In this document: one piece after another, positions 1-11,070 of the stretch
Position numbering within the stretch: position 1 is the stretch's first letter
How the letters are laid out: every line of letters starts with the position of its first letter
Origin: an uncultured Nitrospiraceae bacterium
GTDB lineage: Bacteria > Nitrospirota > Thermodesulfovibrionia > Thermodesulfovibrionales > SM23-35
Direction: 5' to 3'
NCBI GenBank assembly: GCA_963727775.1
Contig: CAVSHB010000004.1
Location: 224,001-288,000 of the forward strand
DNA length: 64,000 nucleotides
Notes under the pieces: model-generated
Seen by the model: the letters and a program-made list of their open reading frames with translations, nothing else
What the model was told of the DNA's origin: nothing
Database searches by the model: none
Made by a program: the position numbers and the translations under genes

Positions 1-767
1 CGTACGGATGGGAGTAAGGGCCGGGACCAAGGAGAAAGAGGCGGTGCTGGTGGCCTGGGCGTTTCTGGAGGACGGCAGCCGGGAGCTCGTGGGCGTGTCC
101 CTTGGCAACAGTGAATCGTACAATGCGTGGAAAGGTTTTCTGGAGGATCTCACGAAACGGGGCATAAGTGAACCAATGCTCACGGTTATCGATGGCTGTC
201 CCGGCCTTATCAAGGCGGTGGATGAAGTCTTCCCTGAATCAGACAAACAGCGCTGCACGAAGCACAGGACTGAAAACGTGCTGGATAAAGTACTGGAACA
301 GGACAAGGCATCAGTAAAAGAGTCAGTAAGGAAGGTGTTTTACGCCTCGACCTATGAGCACGCAAAGGAGGCCGTGGAAATGTTCAAGAAGAAGTGGCGC
401 ATGAAATATCCTTCGGCAGTGGAATGCCTGACTGAAAATATAGAAGACTGTCTGACCTATTACAAATATCCTTACCAGCACTGGCTTAGAATTCGGACGA
501 CCAATATAGTGGAGAGGAGCTTCAAGGAGGTGAAGCGAAGGGTAAAGGTAGCAGGCCGGTTTCAGAAGGAGGAGCGTGCGCTCACCATGGTTTACTGGCA
601 GCTCCACGAACTTAGATGGAACGGTGTAAGCATGACCAAGGAGGCAAAGGCAATCCTTACGAGGATCCGGGCATCAAGGATGCAAAGGGTTGCGGCATAA
701 TCGTATCAATGAAAACCCTTGAGAATAAAGCCCTGAAGAGAATTTACAGAAAAGACTTGACACTGTC
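1..767 (+). mobile_element. IS256-family element, copy 1 (left part outside window)
   Basis: 1-767 is identical by inspection to 6621-7387. It ends in the same terminal sequence ...GACTTGACACTGTC, followed directly by GT41 coding sequence. Confidence 0.95.
8..700 (+). CDS. IS256 (Mutator-type DDE) transposase, C-terminal part
   Basis: Identical to the C-terminal 230 aa of ORF 6031-7320; contains DGCPGL, QRCTKH and RTTNIVER motifs typical of IS256. Confidence 0.93.
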   Translation: MGVRAGTKEKEAVLVAWAFLEDGSRELVGVSLGNSESYNAWKGFLEDLTKRGISEPMLTVIDGCPGLIKAVDEVFPESDKQRCTKHRTENVLDKVLEQDKASVKESVRKVFYASTYEHAKEAVEMFKKKWRMKYPSAVECLTENIEDCLTYYKYPYQHWLRIRTTNIVERSFKEVKRRVKVAGRFQKEERALTMVYWQLHELRWNGVSMTKEAKAILTRIRASRMQRVAA

Positions 768-1972
768 TCAATGATAGAGAATTACAAAAGGTCTATGGGG
801 AAATTGTATGTAGAATTATGTCAATGAGATACCCACAATGGATTAATCCACTACACATGCCCTCGCACTCTTCTGGAAAGTCATTACGGGTTGGGATAGT
901 GTCTGGCTTCTTTTATGATCATTCTAACTGGAAGATCCCAATTAAGGGTTGGGTAGAAAACATTGACGATCGAAAGATTAGTCTCTATGGATACTATACT
1001 GGGAAAGAAAAAGATAATGAGACCGAAGTTGCTAAGAAGTATTTCAAGCACTTTATGACGAGTGTGCATTCTTTTGAGGATTTTTGCCGCATAATTTTAG
1101 AGGATAATCTTCATGTATTGATATATCCGGAAATTGGGATGGATTCAACGACACTTAAACTTGCATCATTAAGACTTGCGCCTGTCCAGTGCGCTTCATG
1201 GGGTCATCCGCAAACTACAGGGCTTCCTACTATTGATTATTATATCAGTAGTGATTTAATGGAACCACCTAATTCTGAGAATCATTATACCGAACAATTA
1301 ATTCGTCTACCCAATCTATCTATCTGCTATACTCCACTGAAAATTCCTGATGTGAATGTCAGTCGTAACGGGTTTGGTATGCGGCCAAAATCAGTGATTT
1401 ATCTTTGCTGCCAATCATTGTTTAAATACTTACCACAATATGATGAAATATATCCTCGCATCGCACAGCAAGTCGGGGATTGCCAGTTTCTGTTTATTTC
1501 CAACCGAAACAATCTGGTTACAGAAACCTTTCGTTCGCGCATTAGCCGAGTGTTTAGCCGGTTTAATCTTGTAGCTGAAGACTACATAGTATTTTTGCCC
1601 CAACTGGATCCAAGACAGTATAACGCTATTAATTGTCTCTCGGATATCTACCTCGACAGCATTGCTTGGTCAGGGTGCAATACTACGTTTGAAGCAATTG
1701 CATGCAATCTGCCCGTTATAACTCTCTCTGGTGAATTAATGCGTGGCAGACATACAGCAGCTATCCTTAGCATGATGGGCATGATAGAAAATATTGCTTC
1801 ATCTGTTGCTGAATATATTACAGTAGCAGTCCGCCTTGGGAAAAATTTAGAATGGCGAAAGCAGGCATCAGACAAAATTGCAAAAAACAAACATTTGGTT
1901 TATCGAGACAAAGCTTGTATTGCCGCCCTTGAGAACTTTCTTGAGAAAGTGGTCAGTGATAGACTCAAATAG
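768..1972 (+). pseudogene. GT41 (O-GlcNAc transferase/SPINDLY-like) glycosyltransferase, 3' part after IS256 insertion
   Basis: Frame resumes right after the IS as ..NDRELQKVYGEIVCRIMSMRYP, collinear with the paralog at 2032-4158; carries WGHPQTTGLPTIDY, CCQSLFKY and SGCNTTFEA motifs. Confidence 0.85.
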
Positions 1973-2031
1973 AATCACAAATGAGCATATTTCTACTGAT
2001 AAACAACAAGAAAATGTTCAATAATATATAA

Positions 2032-4158
2032 ATGGATATTAATGCAAAACTTCAATTAGCTCTTGAACATTATCAATCTGGAACTTTACAGCAAGCAGAA
2101 CATATTTGCAGAAAGATTTTAAAAAAACACCCAAACAATGTTGATGCCCTTCACTTTCTGGGTGTAATATGTTACCAACGTGGATATTATGATCTTGCCA
2201 TAAAGAGTATCAAGAAGGCTTTAGAAATAGACCCGAACTTTGCGGATGCATATAACAATCTAGGAAACATTTTTCAGGAGAAAAAAGAACTTAATGAAGC
2301 CATATCTTGTTACCGAAAAGCTCTAAACATTAATCCAACGCTTGCTAAAACTCATTATAATTTGGGGATTGCTCTCCAAGATACAGAAAAAATAGATGAG
2401 GCTATAATTTGTTATCAAAATGCTTTGGAACTAAATTTAAATATTTTTGGATTATATAACAATCTCGGATTTGCTTTAGAGAAGAAGGGTAAATTAGACG
2501 AAGCTATCACTTGTTATCAGAAAGCTCTAAAGCTTAACCCAGATTTCTCCGATGCATATAATAATCTTGGAAATGCACTTAAAGAAAAAGGACAACTTGA
2601 CGAAGCTATTGATAACTATCAAAAAGCGATAGACCTTAAGCCAGATTTTACTAACGCATATGTTAATCTTGGAAATGCTCTAAAAGAACAGTGCAAAGAA
2701 GATGAAGCTATTGTGGTATATGATAGAGCCCTCCTGGTTGCCCCTAATAATTTTATGGCACGGCTTGCAAAGTGTTTCTCGCAGATTCCGATAATTTATC
2801 CAGTCCCGGGAAATATAAAAATCTGCCGTAATCGCTACTACGAAGAACTCACAAAATTAAGAGATGCAATTTCATTCGAAGAACCACAATATATCCAAGC
2901 AGCAGCTGAAGCAGTTGGAAGTCATCAACCTTTCTATTTAGCATACCAGGGGTTTAATGATCGCGAGTTACAACATATTTACGGTGCCTTGGTATGTCGA
3001 ATTATGTCTTTGCGTTATCCCGAGTTTGCTGACCGTCCTGGCATGCCTCGGCATTTGTCCGGTGAACCTTTGCGTGTTGGTTTTGTTTCTGGTTTTTTTA
3101 ATCTGCATTCCAATTGGAAAATCCCAATTAAAGGTTGGATCGAGAACATAAACAAACAACGGTTCAGGCTTTATGGCTACTACACGGGAAAAAAGAAAGA
3201 TATAGCGACTGAAGATGCTAGGAAATCTTTTGCCTGTTTTGTTGAGGACGTGCAGTCCTTCGAAGAATTGTGCAAGACCATCAGGGAAGATAATCTTCAT
3301 ATATTGATTTATCCTGAAGTCGGTATGGACCCAATGACTGTAAGGCTTGCCTCTCTTAGACTGGCTACGATTCAATGTACTTCATGGGGGCATCCTGATA
3401 CCTCAGGTCTTCCAAGTATCGACTACTTTCTTAGCAGCGATCTCATGGAACCCTCCGGTGCTGAAGAGCATTACACTGAAAAGCTTATTCGCTTACCCAA
3501 CTTGTCCATCTATTACACTCCGTTAGATTTCCCCCTTGCCACTGTTAATCGTGAAACCTTAGGTTTGCGCCAAAAGTCTATTCTTTATCTTTGCTGTCAG
3601 TCACTATTCAAGTATCTGCCCCAGTATGATGAGATATATCCGCGCATTGCAAAAGAAATCAAAGATTGTCAGTTCTTGTTTATTTCTAATAAAAGCAGCT
3701 GTGCTACTGAACAATTCAGATTGCGTATCAATAAATCGTTTGAAGACTTTGGTCTGAAAGCCGATGATCATGTTGTCTTTCTGCCGCGACTTGATGATAG
3801 TAGATATGGTGCAATTAACTATCTTTCTGATGTCTACCTTGACAGCATAGGTTGGTCAGGATGCAACTCCACTTTCGAGGCTATAGCTCATAATTTACCA
3901 ATATTGACTCTCCCTGGTGAATTAATGCGTGGACGGCACAGTGCAGCGATTCTGACTATGATGAATATACAGGAGACAATTGCTTCTTCAATCGATGAAT
4001 ATGTTGAGATCGCTGTACGTTTGGGAGCGGATTCAGTGTGGAGGAAACAGATATCAGATAAAATTGCACGGAGCAAAGGGTGCGTATATCAAGATAAAAC
4101 GTGCATTACGGCTCTTGAGGCCTTTCTTGAAAAGGTGGCGGAAGAAGGGATAGGATAG
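2032..4158 (+). CDS. TPR-repeat + GT41 glycosyltransferase (intact)
   Basis: About seven TPR units (AYNNLGN..EAI..YQKAL) followed by a catalytic region with HSNWK, YPEVGMD, WGHPDTSGLPSIDY, CCQSLFK and GCNSTFEA. Confidence 0.9.
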   Translation: MDINAKLQLALEHYQSGTLQQAEHICRKILKKHPNNVDALHFLGVICYQRGYYDLAIKSIKKALEIDPNFADAYNNLGNIFQEKKELNEAISCYRKALNINPTLAKTHYNLGIALQDTEKIDEAIICYQNALELNLNIFGLYNNLGFALEKKGKLDEAITCYQKALKLNPDFSDAYNNLGNALKEKGQLDEAIDNYQKAIDLKPDFTNAYVNLGNALKEQCKEDEAIVVYDRALLVAPNNFMARLAKCFSQIPIIYPVPGNIKICRNRYYEELTKLRDAISFEEPQYIQAAAEAVGSHQPFYLAYQGFNDRELQHIYGALVCRIMSLRYPEFADRPGMPRHLSGEPLRVGFVSGFFNLHSNWKIPIKGWIENINKQRFRLYGYYTGKKKDIATEDARKSFACFVEDVQSFEELCKTIREDNLHILIYPEVGMDPMTVRLASLRLATIQCTSWGHPDTSGLPSIDYFLSSDLMEPSGAEEHYTEKLIRLPNLSIYYTPLDFPLATVNRETLGLRQKSILYLCCQSLFKYLPQYDEIYPRIAKEIKDCQFLFISNKSSCATEQFRLRINKSFEDFGLKADDHVVFLPRLDDSRYGAINYLSDVYLDSIGWSGCNSTFEAIAHNLPILTLPGELMRGRHSAAILTMMNIQETIASSIDEYVEIAVRLGADSVWRKQISDKIARSKGCVYQDKTCITALEAFLEKVAEEGIG

Positions 4159-4239
4159 ATAATTAAGTTCATCCGTTCGGAAAGTTATCGCTTGTTTATT
4201 CCATGGCAATTTTACACGAGCTTGATGTAGCCTCATGTT

Positions 4240-5064
4240 CTACTTTTTTGAGTCAGTTATTATTAATTGACCATTTCGCGATTCCACAATATATACGCCT
4301 TCTTTAGAAAAGATTTCCGACATTTGCTTATAAGCCTGAATAATCTGCTCATACATCTCTAAGCGACTTATAAACACATCAGGATGGACAATTGAAAGTG
4401 GCGTGAAGCTATCTATATATCTTAAAAAGGCCGAGGTTTTAGTAGCAACTTCGCGACGAATAAACAATAAAATATTTTGACGGAGCCACCAATGAATATT
4501 CTTATCATCCCAAATTTGACTTCTAATAAAATCCAATGGGATAAAATCAAACTTAGCAAACAAATCAGCCCAATAGGACGGAAATTGTTCATTCATATGA
4601 TTATGTCCGCCTTGGTACGGAATAGCTGCCGAAAACAAAACAATATCCCCGTGGCATACTAAAGATGCAATAAATGTGCTGGCGACAGTTGGCGATAGGT
4701 GTTCAGCAACCTCAAGGGAAATTACAAGGTCAAATGAGCGGTGAAGATTAAAAGGATGTTCAAGGTCCTGAACGGTAAAATATTCTGGTTCAATACGAAG
4801 TTGCTTTGGGTTTATCCAAGGACCCTCAATACCATAAACATTTACAACGCCAAGTTCCCTTGCCACAGCCAACCAGGTACCAATACCACAGCCAACATCA
4901 AGAATGGAAATAGGCTTGTAAAGTTTGAATAGTAAATGAAATATTTTTTCAGCAGAAATGCGGTTCTGCTGCTCTTCAGATTCGAGTTGAACACTGTGTA
5001 AATCATGGTATATCGCTTCACGTTTATCTGGGTCGTCGGTCGGATTAATGGGGGATAATGTCAT
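4240..5064 (-). CDS. Class I SAM-dependent methyltransferase
   Basis: LDVGCGIG motif I and FDLVISLEVAEHL; typical of methyltransferases in glycosylation loci. Confidence 0.88.
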   Translation of the reverse strand: MTLSPINPTDDPDKREAIYHDLHSVQLESEEQQNRISAEKIFHLLFKLYKPISILDVGCGIGTWLAVARELGVVNVYGIEGPWINPKQLRIEPEYFTVQDLEHPFNLHRSFDLVISLEVAEHLSPTVASTFIASLVCHGDIVLFSAAIPYQGGHNHMNEQFPSYWADLFAKFDFIPLDFIRSQIWDDKNIHWWLRQNILLFIRREVATKTSAFLRYIDSFTPLSIVHPDVFISRLEMYEQIIQAYKQMSEIFSKEGVYIVESRNGQLIITDSKK

Positions 5065-6004
5065 ATTTAATTATAGACAATAACTACAAAAATATCCTGT
5101 GACTTCAAAATATTTTACCGGTTTAATGTGCGTATTACTCTGGGGTGTAATATTTATCAGCACAATAAGCCTTTATCTGTATAACACTGCTTCCTTGTAG
5201 TCATCAAGCGCTAATTTTTTAATAATATTGTATATTATACTTATAATTAATCGGATAAAAAGATTGACAATGAATCTCGAGGAGACAATAAAATTAGCTT
5301 TTGAACATTATCAAGCAGGAGATTTTTTACAAGCAGAATTAGCATGTAAAAAAATATTGGAAATTCAGTCAGATAATGGTCAAATCCTTCACCTTTTAGG
5401 TTTAATATATTATGAGCGTGGAAACTATGATTTGGCTATGGATTATTTAACAGATGCACTTGTTTCTATGCCGAAAAATGAAGATTTATATTATGATATT
5501 GGCAATGTTTTTCAAGAAAAAAACCAACTTGATGAAGCTTTAACCTATTATCAAAAAGTGCTACAGTTAAATCCTGTCTATATTAACGCATACAACAACA
5601 TTGGGATTATTTATCATGACAAAGGGCAACTTGACGAAGCTATAGCTACCTATCAAAAAGCTTTGCGGATAGATGGGAATAACGATATTGTTAATAACAA
5701 TATAGGACTTGTTTTTCAGGAAAAAGGACAACTTGATGAAGCTATAATGTACTATGAAAGAGCAATAAAAAAAAATCCTTATTATGCTGTTGCTTATTAT
5801 AATATAGGTATTATCTTTTTTAGGAAAAAACAATTCGATAAAGCTCTACATTCTTTTATAAAAGTTATACAAATTGATCCCACTTTTACTGATGTATATT
5901 TTAATCTTGGTGATGTATATTTTAATCTTAGCAAGCTTGATGATGCTGTAAAATGTTATAAAAAAACAATCTCCAATAATTCAGATTACATCCCGGCCTA
6001 TCTT

Positions 6005-7387
6005 GATAGCGTAAGATCAATTCTGCAAATATGAATCAGGGTATAATTCTCAATGGAAAAAGCAATCTCTCAAAGAGAGAAAGGAGAATTATACCCATGA
6101 GAAGAATTTTATCAAAGAAGGCGAAAAAAGTCATTGAGGATGGAGTGCAGGAGTTTATGGCGATGCCCCCGTTAGCGGAGTTGACGAGGATCGGAGCGAG
6201 GATGATGTTAGAGTCGGCGATGGAAGAAGAAGTGACGGCATATCTTCAGAGAGACTATTATGAGAGGAATGCCTGCGCTAAAGGAAGCCGGAGTGGATCG
6301 AAGCCCAGAACCGTGAAGATCGGTAGCGGTGATATAGGGCTAAAGATGCCGCAGGTAAGGAATGCCGGTGGCCCATTTCATTCCCGGATATTGCCGCCAC
6401 GGATGACCCAGATGGATGAAATACAGGAAATCATCCCTCTTTTGTATATGAACGGCCTGTCCAGCAGGAAGGTAAAGAAAGCTGTGGGTAAACTCATAGG
6501 CAAGAAAGGCCTGAGCCATCAGAATGTCATAAGGATCAGCGGCAGGATCGTCGATGAGTTCAATGCATGGAAGAAGCGGGACTTATCGATGCTGCAGGTG
6601 GTGTATCTTGTTCTGGACGGCGTACGGATGGGAGTAAGGGCCGGGACCAAGGAGAAAGAGGCGGTGCTGGTGGCCTGGGCGTTTCTGGAGGACGGCAGCC
6701 GGGAGCTCGTGGGCGTGTCCCTTGGCAACAGTGAATCGTACAATGCGTGGAAAGGTTTTCTGGAGGATCTCACGAAACGGGGCATAAGTGAACCAATGCT
6801 CACGGTTATCGATGGCTGTCCCGGCCTTATCAAGGCGGTGGATGAAGTCTTCCCTGAATCAGACAAACAGCGCTGCACGAAGCACAGGACTGAAAACGTG
6901 CTGGATAAAGTACTGGAACAGGACAAGGCATCAGTAAAAGAGTCAGTAAGGAAGGTGTTTTACGCCTCGACCTATGAGCACGCAAAGGAGGCCGTGGAAA
7001 TGTTCAAGAAGAAGTGGCGCATGAAATATCCTTCGGCAGTGGAATGCCTGACTGAAAATATAGAAGACTGTCTGACCTATTACAAATATCCTTACCAGCA
7101 CTGGCTTAGAATTCGGACGACCAATATAGTGGAGAGGAGCTTCAAGGAGGTGAAGCGAAGGGTAAAGGTAGCAGGCCGGTTTCAGAAGGAGGAGCGTGCG
7201 CTCACCATGGTTTACTGGCAGCTCCACGAACTTAGATGGAACGGTGTAAGCATGACCAAGGAGGCAAAGGCAATCCTTACGAGGATCCGGGCATCAAGGA
7301 TGCAAAGGGTTGCGGCATAATCGTATCAATGAAAACCCTTGAGAATAAAGCCCTGAAGAGAATTTACAGAAAAGACTTGACACTGTC
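6005..7387 (+). mobile_element. IS256-family element, copy 2 (complete, 1383 bp)
   Basis: 8-bp target duplication CCTATCTT at 5997-6004 and 7388-7395; imperfect 26-bp terminal IRs GATAGCGTAAGATCAATTCTGCAAAT / GACAGTGTCAAGTCTTTTCTGTAAAT (rc). Confidence 0.96.
6031..7320 (+). CDS. IS256-family transposase (true start probably ATG 6097 after AAGGAG)
   Basis: LYMNGLSSRKV, YLVLDG, DGCPGL, QRC and RTTN motifs. Confidence 0.95.
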   Translation: MNQGIILNGKSNLSKRERRIIPMRRILSKKAKKVIEDGVQEFMAMPPLAELTRIGARMMLESAMEEEVTAYLQRDYYERNACAKGSRSGSKPRTVKIGSGDIGLKMPQVRNAGGPFHSRILPPRMTQMDEIQEIIPLLYMNGLSSRKVKKAVGKLIGKKGLSHQNVIRISGRIVDEFNAWKKRDLSMLQVVYLVLDGVRMGVRAGTKEKEAVLVAWAFLEDGSRELVGVSLGNSESYNAWKGFLEDLTKRGISEPMLTVIDGCPGLIKAVDEVFPESDKQRCTKHRTENVLDKVLEQDKASVKESVRKVFYASTYEHAKEAVEMFKKKWRMKYPSAVECLTENIEDCLTYYKYPYQHWLRIRTTNIVERSFKEVKRRVKVAGRFQKEERALTMVYWQLHELRWNGVSMTKEAKAILTRIRASRMQRVAA

Positions 7388-8954
7388 CCTATCTTCGATT
7401 AGGGTTGATTTTAAGTTATCAAGGGAGAAACGATGAAGCAATAAATATTTACGACCAAGTTTTGAAAATAAGGCCCAATTTTTTTAAAGCATACTATTTG
7501 CGATGCATGTCTCAACTTCCAGCCATTTATCCTGATCAATCGAGCATTCAGATTTCACGTATCAGATATCTTGAAGAACTTAATACACTACATAAGATTC
7601 TTTCTTTAGAAACCGAGCAGGATATTGAAGAAGCATCTCAAGCTATTGGCACTCAGCAACCTTTCTTTTTAGCATACCAAGGGTTAAATGATCGTGATCT
7701 GCAGCAACTATATGGTGATTTAGTTTCTAGAATTATGAAAACAAGATTTCCTCAATGGGCTTATCGACCCAATATGCCTCCAGTTTCGTCTGAAGGGCTT
7801 TTAAGGGTTGGCATAGTATCAGCCTTTTTTTGGGATCATTCCAATTGGAAGATTCCAATCAAAGGATGGGTTAAGAATTTAAATAAAAAGCATTTTGAAT
7901 TATATGGATATTATACGGGCAAATGCAAAGATAAGGAAACAGAGGACGCGAGACATTGTTTTACTCACTTTTATGAGGATATAGACTCTTTTGAAAATCT
8001 TTGCCAGATTATTTACGAGAATAATCTTCATGTTCTTATTTATCCTGAAATAGGAATGGACCCAATAACAGTAAGGCTTGCATCTTTAAGACTATCACCT
8101 GTGCAATGTACATCATGGGGACATCCTAATACATCAGGTCTCCCGACTATTGATTATTTTCTTAGCAGTGATCTGATGGAGCCCCCTTATGCTGAGCATC
8201 ATTATACTGAACAACTGGTCCGTTTACCCAATCTTTCAATATGCTACACTCCAACAGATGTTATTCCAGATGAAACAAATCGAGAAAAACTTGGACTACG
8301 TCCAAATTCGATCCTTTATCTTTGCTGTCAAGCACTTTATAAATATTTACCTCAATATGATGATATATATCCGCGTATCGCCCAACAGATTGAAGATTGT
8401 CAATTCCTTTTTATTTCCTGCCATCTCAGCAATTGGGTGACCGAGAAATTTCGTTTGAGGCTCGAAAAAGTATTCAAAATGTATAATCTCAACGCCGATG
8501 ATTATATAGTATTTCTCCCACGTCTTGATCAGGAACAATATTATGCTGTCAATCGTCTTTCTGATATATACCTGGACAGTATTGGCTGGTCAGGATGTAA
8601 CACCACCTTGGAAGCTATTGCCCATAATTTACCAATCCTGACTCTGCCCGGTAAATTAATGCGCGGAAGGCATAGCTCAGCAATTCTTAAAATGATGGGG
8701 ATATCAGATACCGTTGCCTCTGAACTTGATGAATATGTTGAAAAGGCAGTCCGTTTGGGTCTGGATAAAGAATGGCGCAAACAGATATCTGAAAAAGTTG
8801 CTGCAAAGAAGCATCTTGTTTATCGAGATAAAACCTGTATTACTGCCCTTGAGGATTTTCTTGTTGCAGTAGTACAAGAAAAGCTCAATTAAGTTATCAA
8901 TGATCTTTAACAAAAAATATCTTCCATTTTGTTGCATATTTGATCTGTTAATAT

Positions 8955-9476
8955 TCAATTTTCAGCGGGAGTCACTTGTGCCTGGTCAATATGCTGTGTA
9001 TTTAATGTTTGCCAGCGTGCGTCATGGGCAAGACGAATTGCTGCGGCTCTTGTTGGGGTACAACCAATGGTACTGGCAAGCTCTCTGTCATAAATGTTTC
9101 GATGTTCCCAGTCATCCAGCATAATAGGAGTACCACTTGGATACGAAGTCAGCAGGTTGCCAAGCCGTAAAATCCGAAGAACAAGAGCATGCATTGTCGA
9201 TACGTGAACTTGAAGTGCAGTTGTGGCACATAGTTGGTTGCTGCAGAAAGTCTGTATTCTTGAACGGAGTTCAGCGCATGCGGCACGGGTAAAGGAAATT
9301 ACATAAACATTGTCAGAATTTGCACCGTTATTAAGTAAGTCAGCTACCCTTTTTTCGATTGTATAAGTTTTACCAGTGCCTGGCCCAGCGACCAGTCGTA
9401 TCTGACGTGCGCTGTCTCTTGCTGCCACCCATTGTTGTTGCTCTGCTGCCGCTCTTTGTGTTGCTGTTATAGGCAT
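8955..9476 (-). pseudogene. UvrD/Rep-like SF1 helicase, N-terminal fragment
   Basis: RLVAGPGTGKT Walker A, ISFTRAA motif Ia and STMHAL motif Ib; stops at 173 aa, before the Walker B region. Confidence 0.75.
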
Positions 9477-9793
9477 AACAAGTCTTCTCTCTTAAGTTTT
9501 ACCTTTGGATTTCTGAGTTGTCTTTTATTCCTTGGGACTGTTAATTATACAAAGCCTTTATGCATTTTAACAGATTTAGATATTGTTAGTTTAGGAGAGA
9601 GATCTCTTGTCCCCACAGGCACGCTTGGTAAAGAGGGTTTCTTTTGAAAAGCGATAGTGCTTGCGAGATGTCAGCAATGCGGAGCTTGCTATATTGTTGT
9701 AGAGTTAGGCCTTGTTAAAGAAGGCTATACTCTTTCTTGATTCAGACCAATGTGCGAGTTGGTTAAATCCAAACCAAAGAAAGGAGTATAGCC

Positions 9794-11056
9794 ATGAAGA
9801 AGAGTAAAACAAAAAAGTTTAAAGTAGTCAATGGTAGAACGATGATTGTGACAGCTGATATGGGAAAGGATAGACATTTTGGATACTGGCGCTGTCCGGA
9901 CGGAAGCGATGTGAAGCCCTTTGCCTTCTGGAACAACGGCAGGGGTTTCCAAGAGTTCTGGGATCGTGTATCTTATGCCAAAAAGCTCCATAACATCGAA
10001 GATATTGTTTTTGGATACGAGTCCACCGGGCCGTATGCCGAACCTCTTGTTCATTTCATGCGTGCGAGAGGCGTACACATGGTACAAGTAAGCCCTATGC
10101 ACACTAAGAGGCTTAAGGAGCTTCAGGGTAATTCGCCGAACAAGACCGACCAGAAAGACCCAAAGGTTATCGCTGATATTATGGCACTTGGCCACGCCCT
10201 GACTGTAGTGATCCCGGAAGGTCCAGCGGCCGAACTCAGGAGGCTCACTCAGGCCAGGGAAAGGAGCAACGAGCGTTATGTATCCCTGGTGAACCAGCTC
10301 CAGAGCTTGCTTGCGATTATCTTTCCTGAGTTTTTGCAGGTAATGAAGGATGTAAAGACGTTGACTGCCCGATATCTCCTTGCGCAGTGCCCAGCACCCA
10401 AGGATATTGTCGCGTACGGTCTTGATAATTTGAGTGCAACGATCAATAAGGTCAGCCGCGGAAAGCTGAAGGAAGATCGCGCCAAGGCCCTCTATGAGGC
10501 TGCAACAGCTTCTATAGGTGTAACCGAAGGCATGACGAGCATTATACGTGAGATAAGAGAACTTCTTATCGCCATGGACGCTGCTGAGTCCTTTACCGGG
10601 GATCTGGAAAAGGAAATGGGGTATTATCTGAAGCAGATTCCCTACAGTGGCTCGATCCTCTCGATAAAGGGGATTAAAGAGGTTACCACTGCCGGTCTTA
10701 TCGGTGAAGTGGGTGATTTTCGGAAGTTTCAAACCCTCTCCGAGATCCTAAAGCTCGCAGGGCTGGACCTTTATGAGATCAGTTCTGGCCAATACAAGGG
10801 GAAGCGACGCATATCTAAGCGAGGCCGTCACCTGCTGCGTAAACTTTTGTACTTTGCCTCGCTCAACACAGTCCGCAGAGGTGGAATAATGCACGATCAA
10901 TATCAAAAGTACCTTGAGCGGGGCATGCCTAAGACCAAGGCGCTGATCGCCGTAGCAAGAAAACTTCTTGGAATCATATTTGCTGTTGTGCGTGACCAAA
11001 GTGTATACAAAAAAGATTTCTCTATAGTCTCACTTCAATACCAGGAGGCTGCATAA
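9794..11056 (+). CDS. IS110-family DEDD recombinase/transposase
   Basis: ADMGK, YESTG and KTDQKD (RuvC-like DEDD), SIKGI..TTA, and SSG..KGKRRISKRG (catalytic Ser region of the C-terminal Tnp domain); RBS AAGGAG upstream. Confidence 0.95.
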   Translation: MKKSKTKKFKVVNGRTMIVTADMGKDRHFGYWRCPDGSDVKPFAFWNNGRGFQEFWDRVSYAKKLHNIEDIVFGYESTGPYAEPLVHFMRARGVHMVQVSPMHTKRLKELQGNSPNKTDQKDPKVIADIMALGHALTVVIPEGPAAELRRLTQARERSNERYVSLVNQLQSLLAIIFPEFLQVMKDVKTLTARYLLAQCPAPKDIVAYGLDNLSATINKVSRGKLKEDRAKALYEAATASIGVTEGMTSIIREIRELLIAMDAAESFTGDLEKEMGYYLKQIPYSGSILSIKGIKEVTTAGLIGEVGDFRKFQTLSEILKLAGLDLYEISSGQYKGKRRISKRGRHLLRKLLYFASLNTVRRGGIMHDQYQKYLERGMPKTKALIAVARKLLGIIFAVVRDQSVYKKDFSIVSLQYQEAA

Positions 11057-11070
11057 CTTATAGTATTGGC

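Larger units (their letters stand above)
5270..8892 (+). pseudogene. TPR + GT41 glycosyltransferase split by IS256 copy 2
   Basis: Removing 6005-7395 restores one frame: ..SDYIPAYL-RLGLILSYQGRNDEA..; TPRs lie in the 5' part and GT41 motifs in the 3' part. Confidence 0.92.

Noticed and set aside
1..7387. Composite transposon formed by the two IS256 copies
   Set aside because: Copy 2 has its own target duplication and splits a gene that rejoins in frame, so the block did not arrive as a unit.
9640..9712. attC-like site (GTTAGGC) beside the IS110
   Set aside because: No matching inverse core and extended palindrome found upstream; no integrase or cassette array.
9725..10732. 335-aa antisense ORF over the IS110 transposase
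   Set aside because: Same in-register shadow effect; no domain features.
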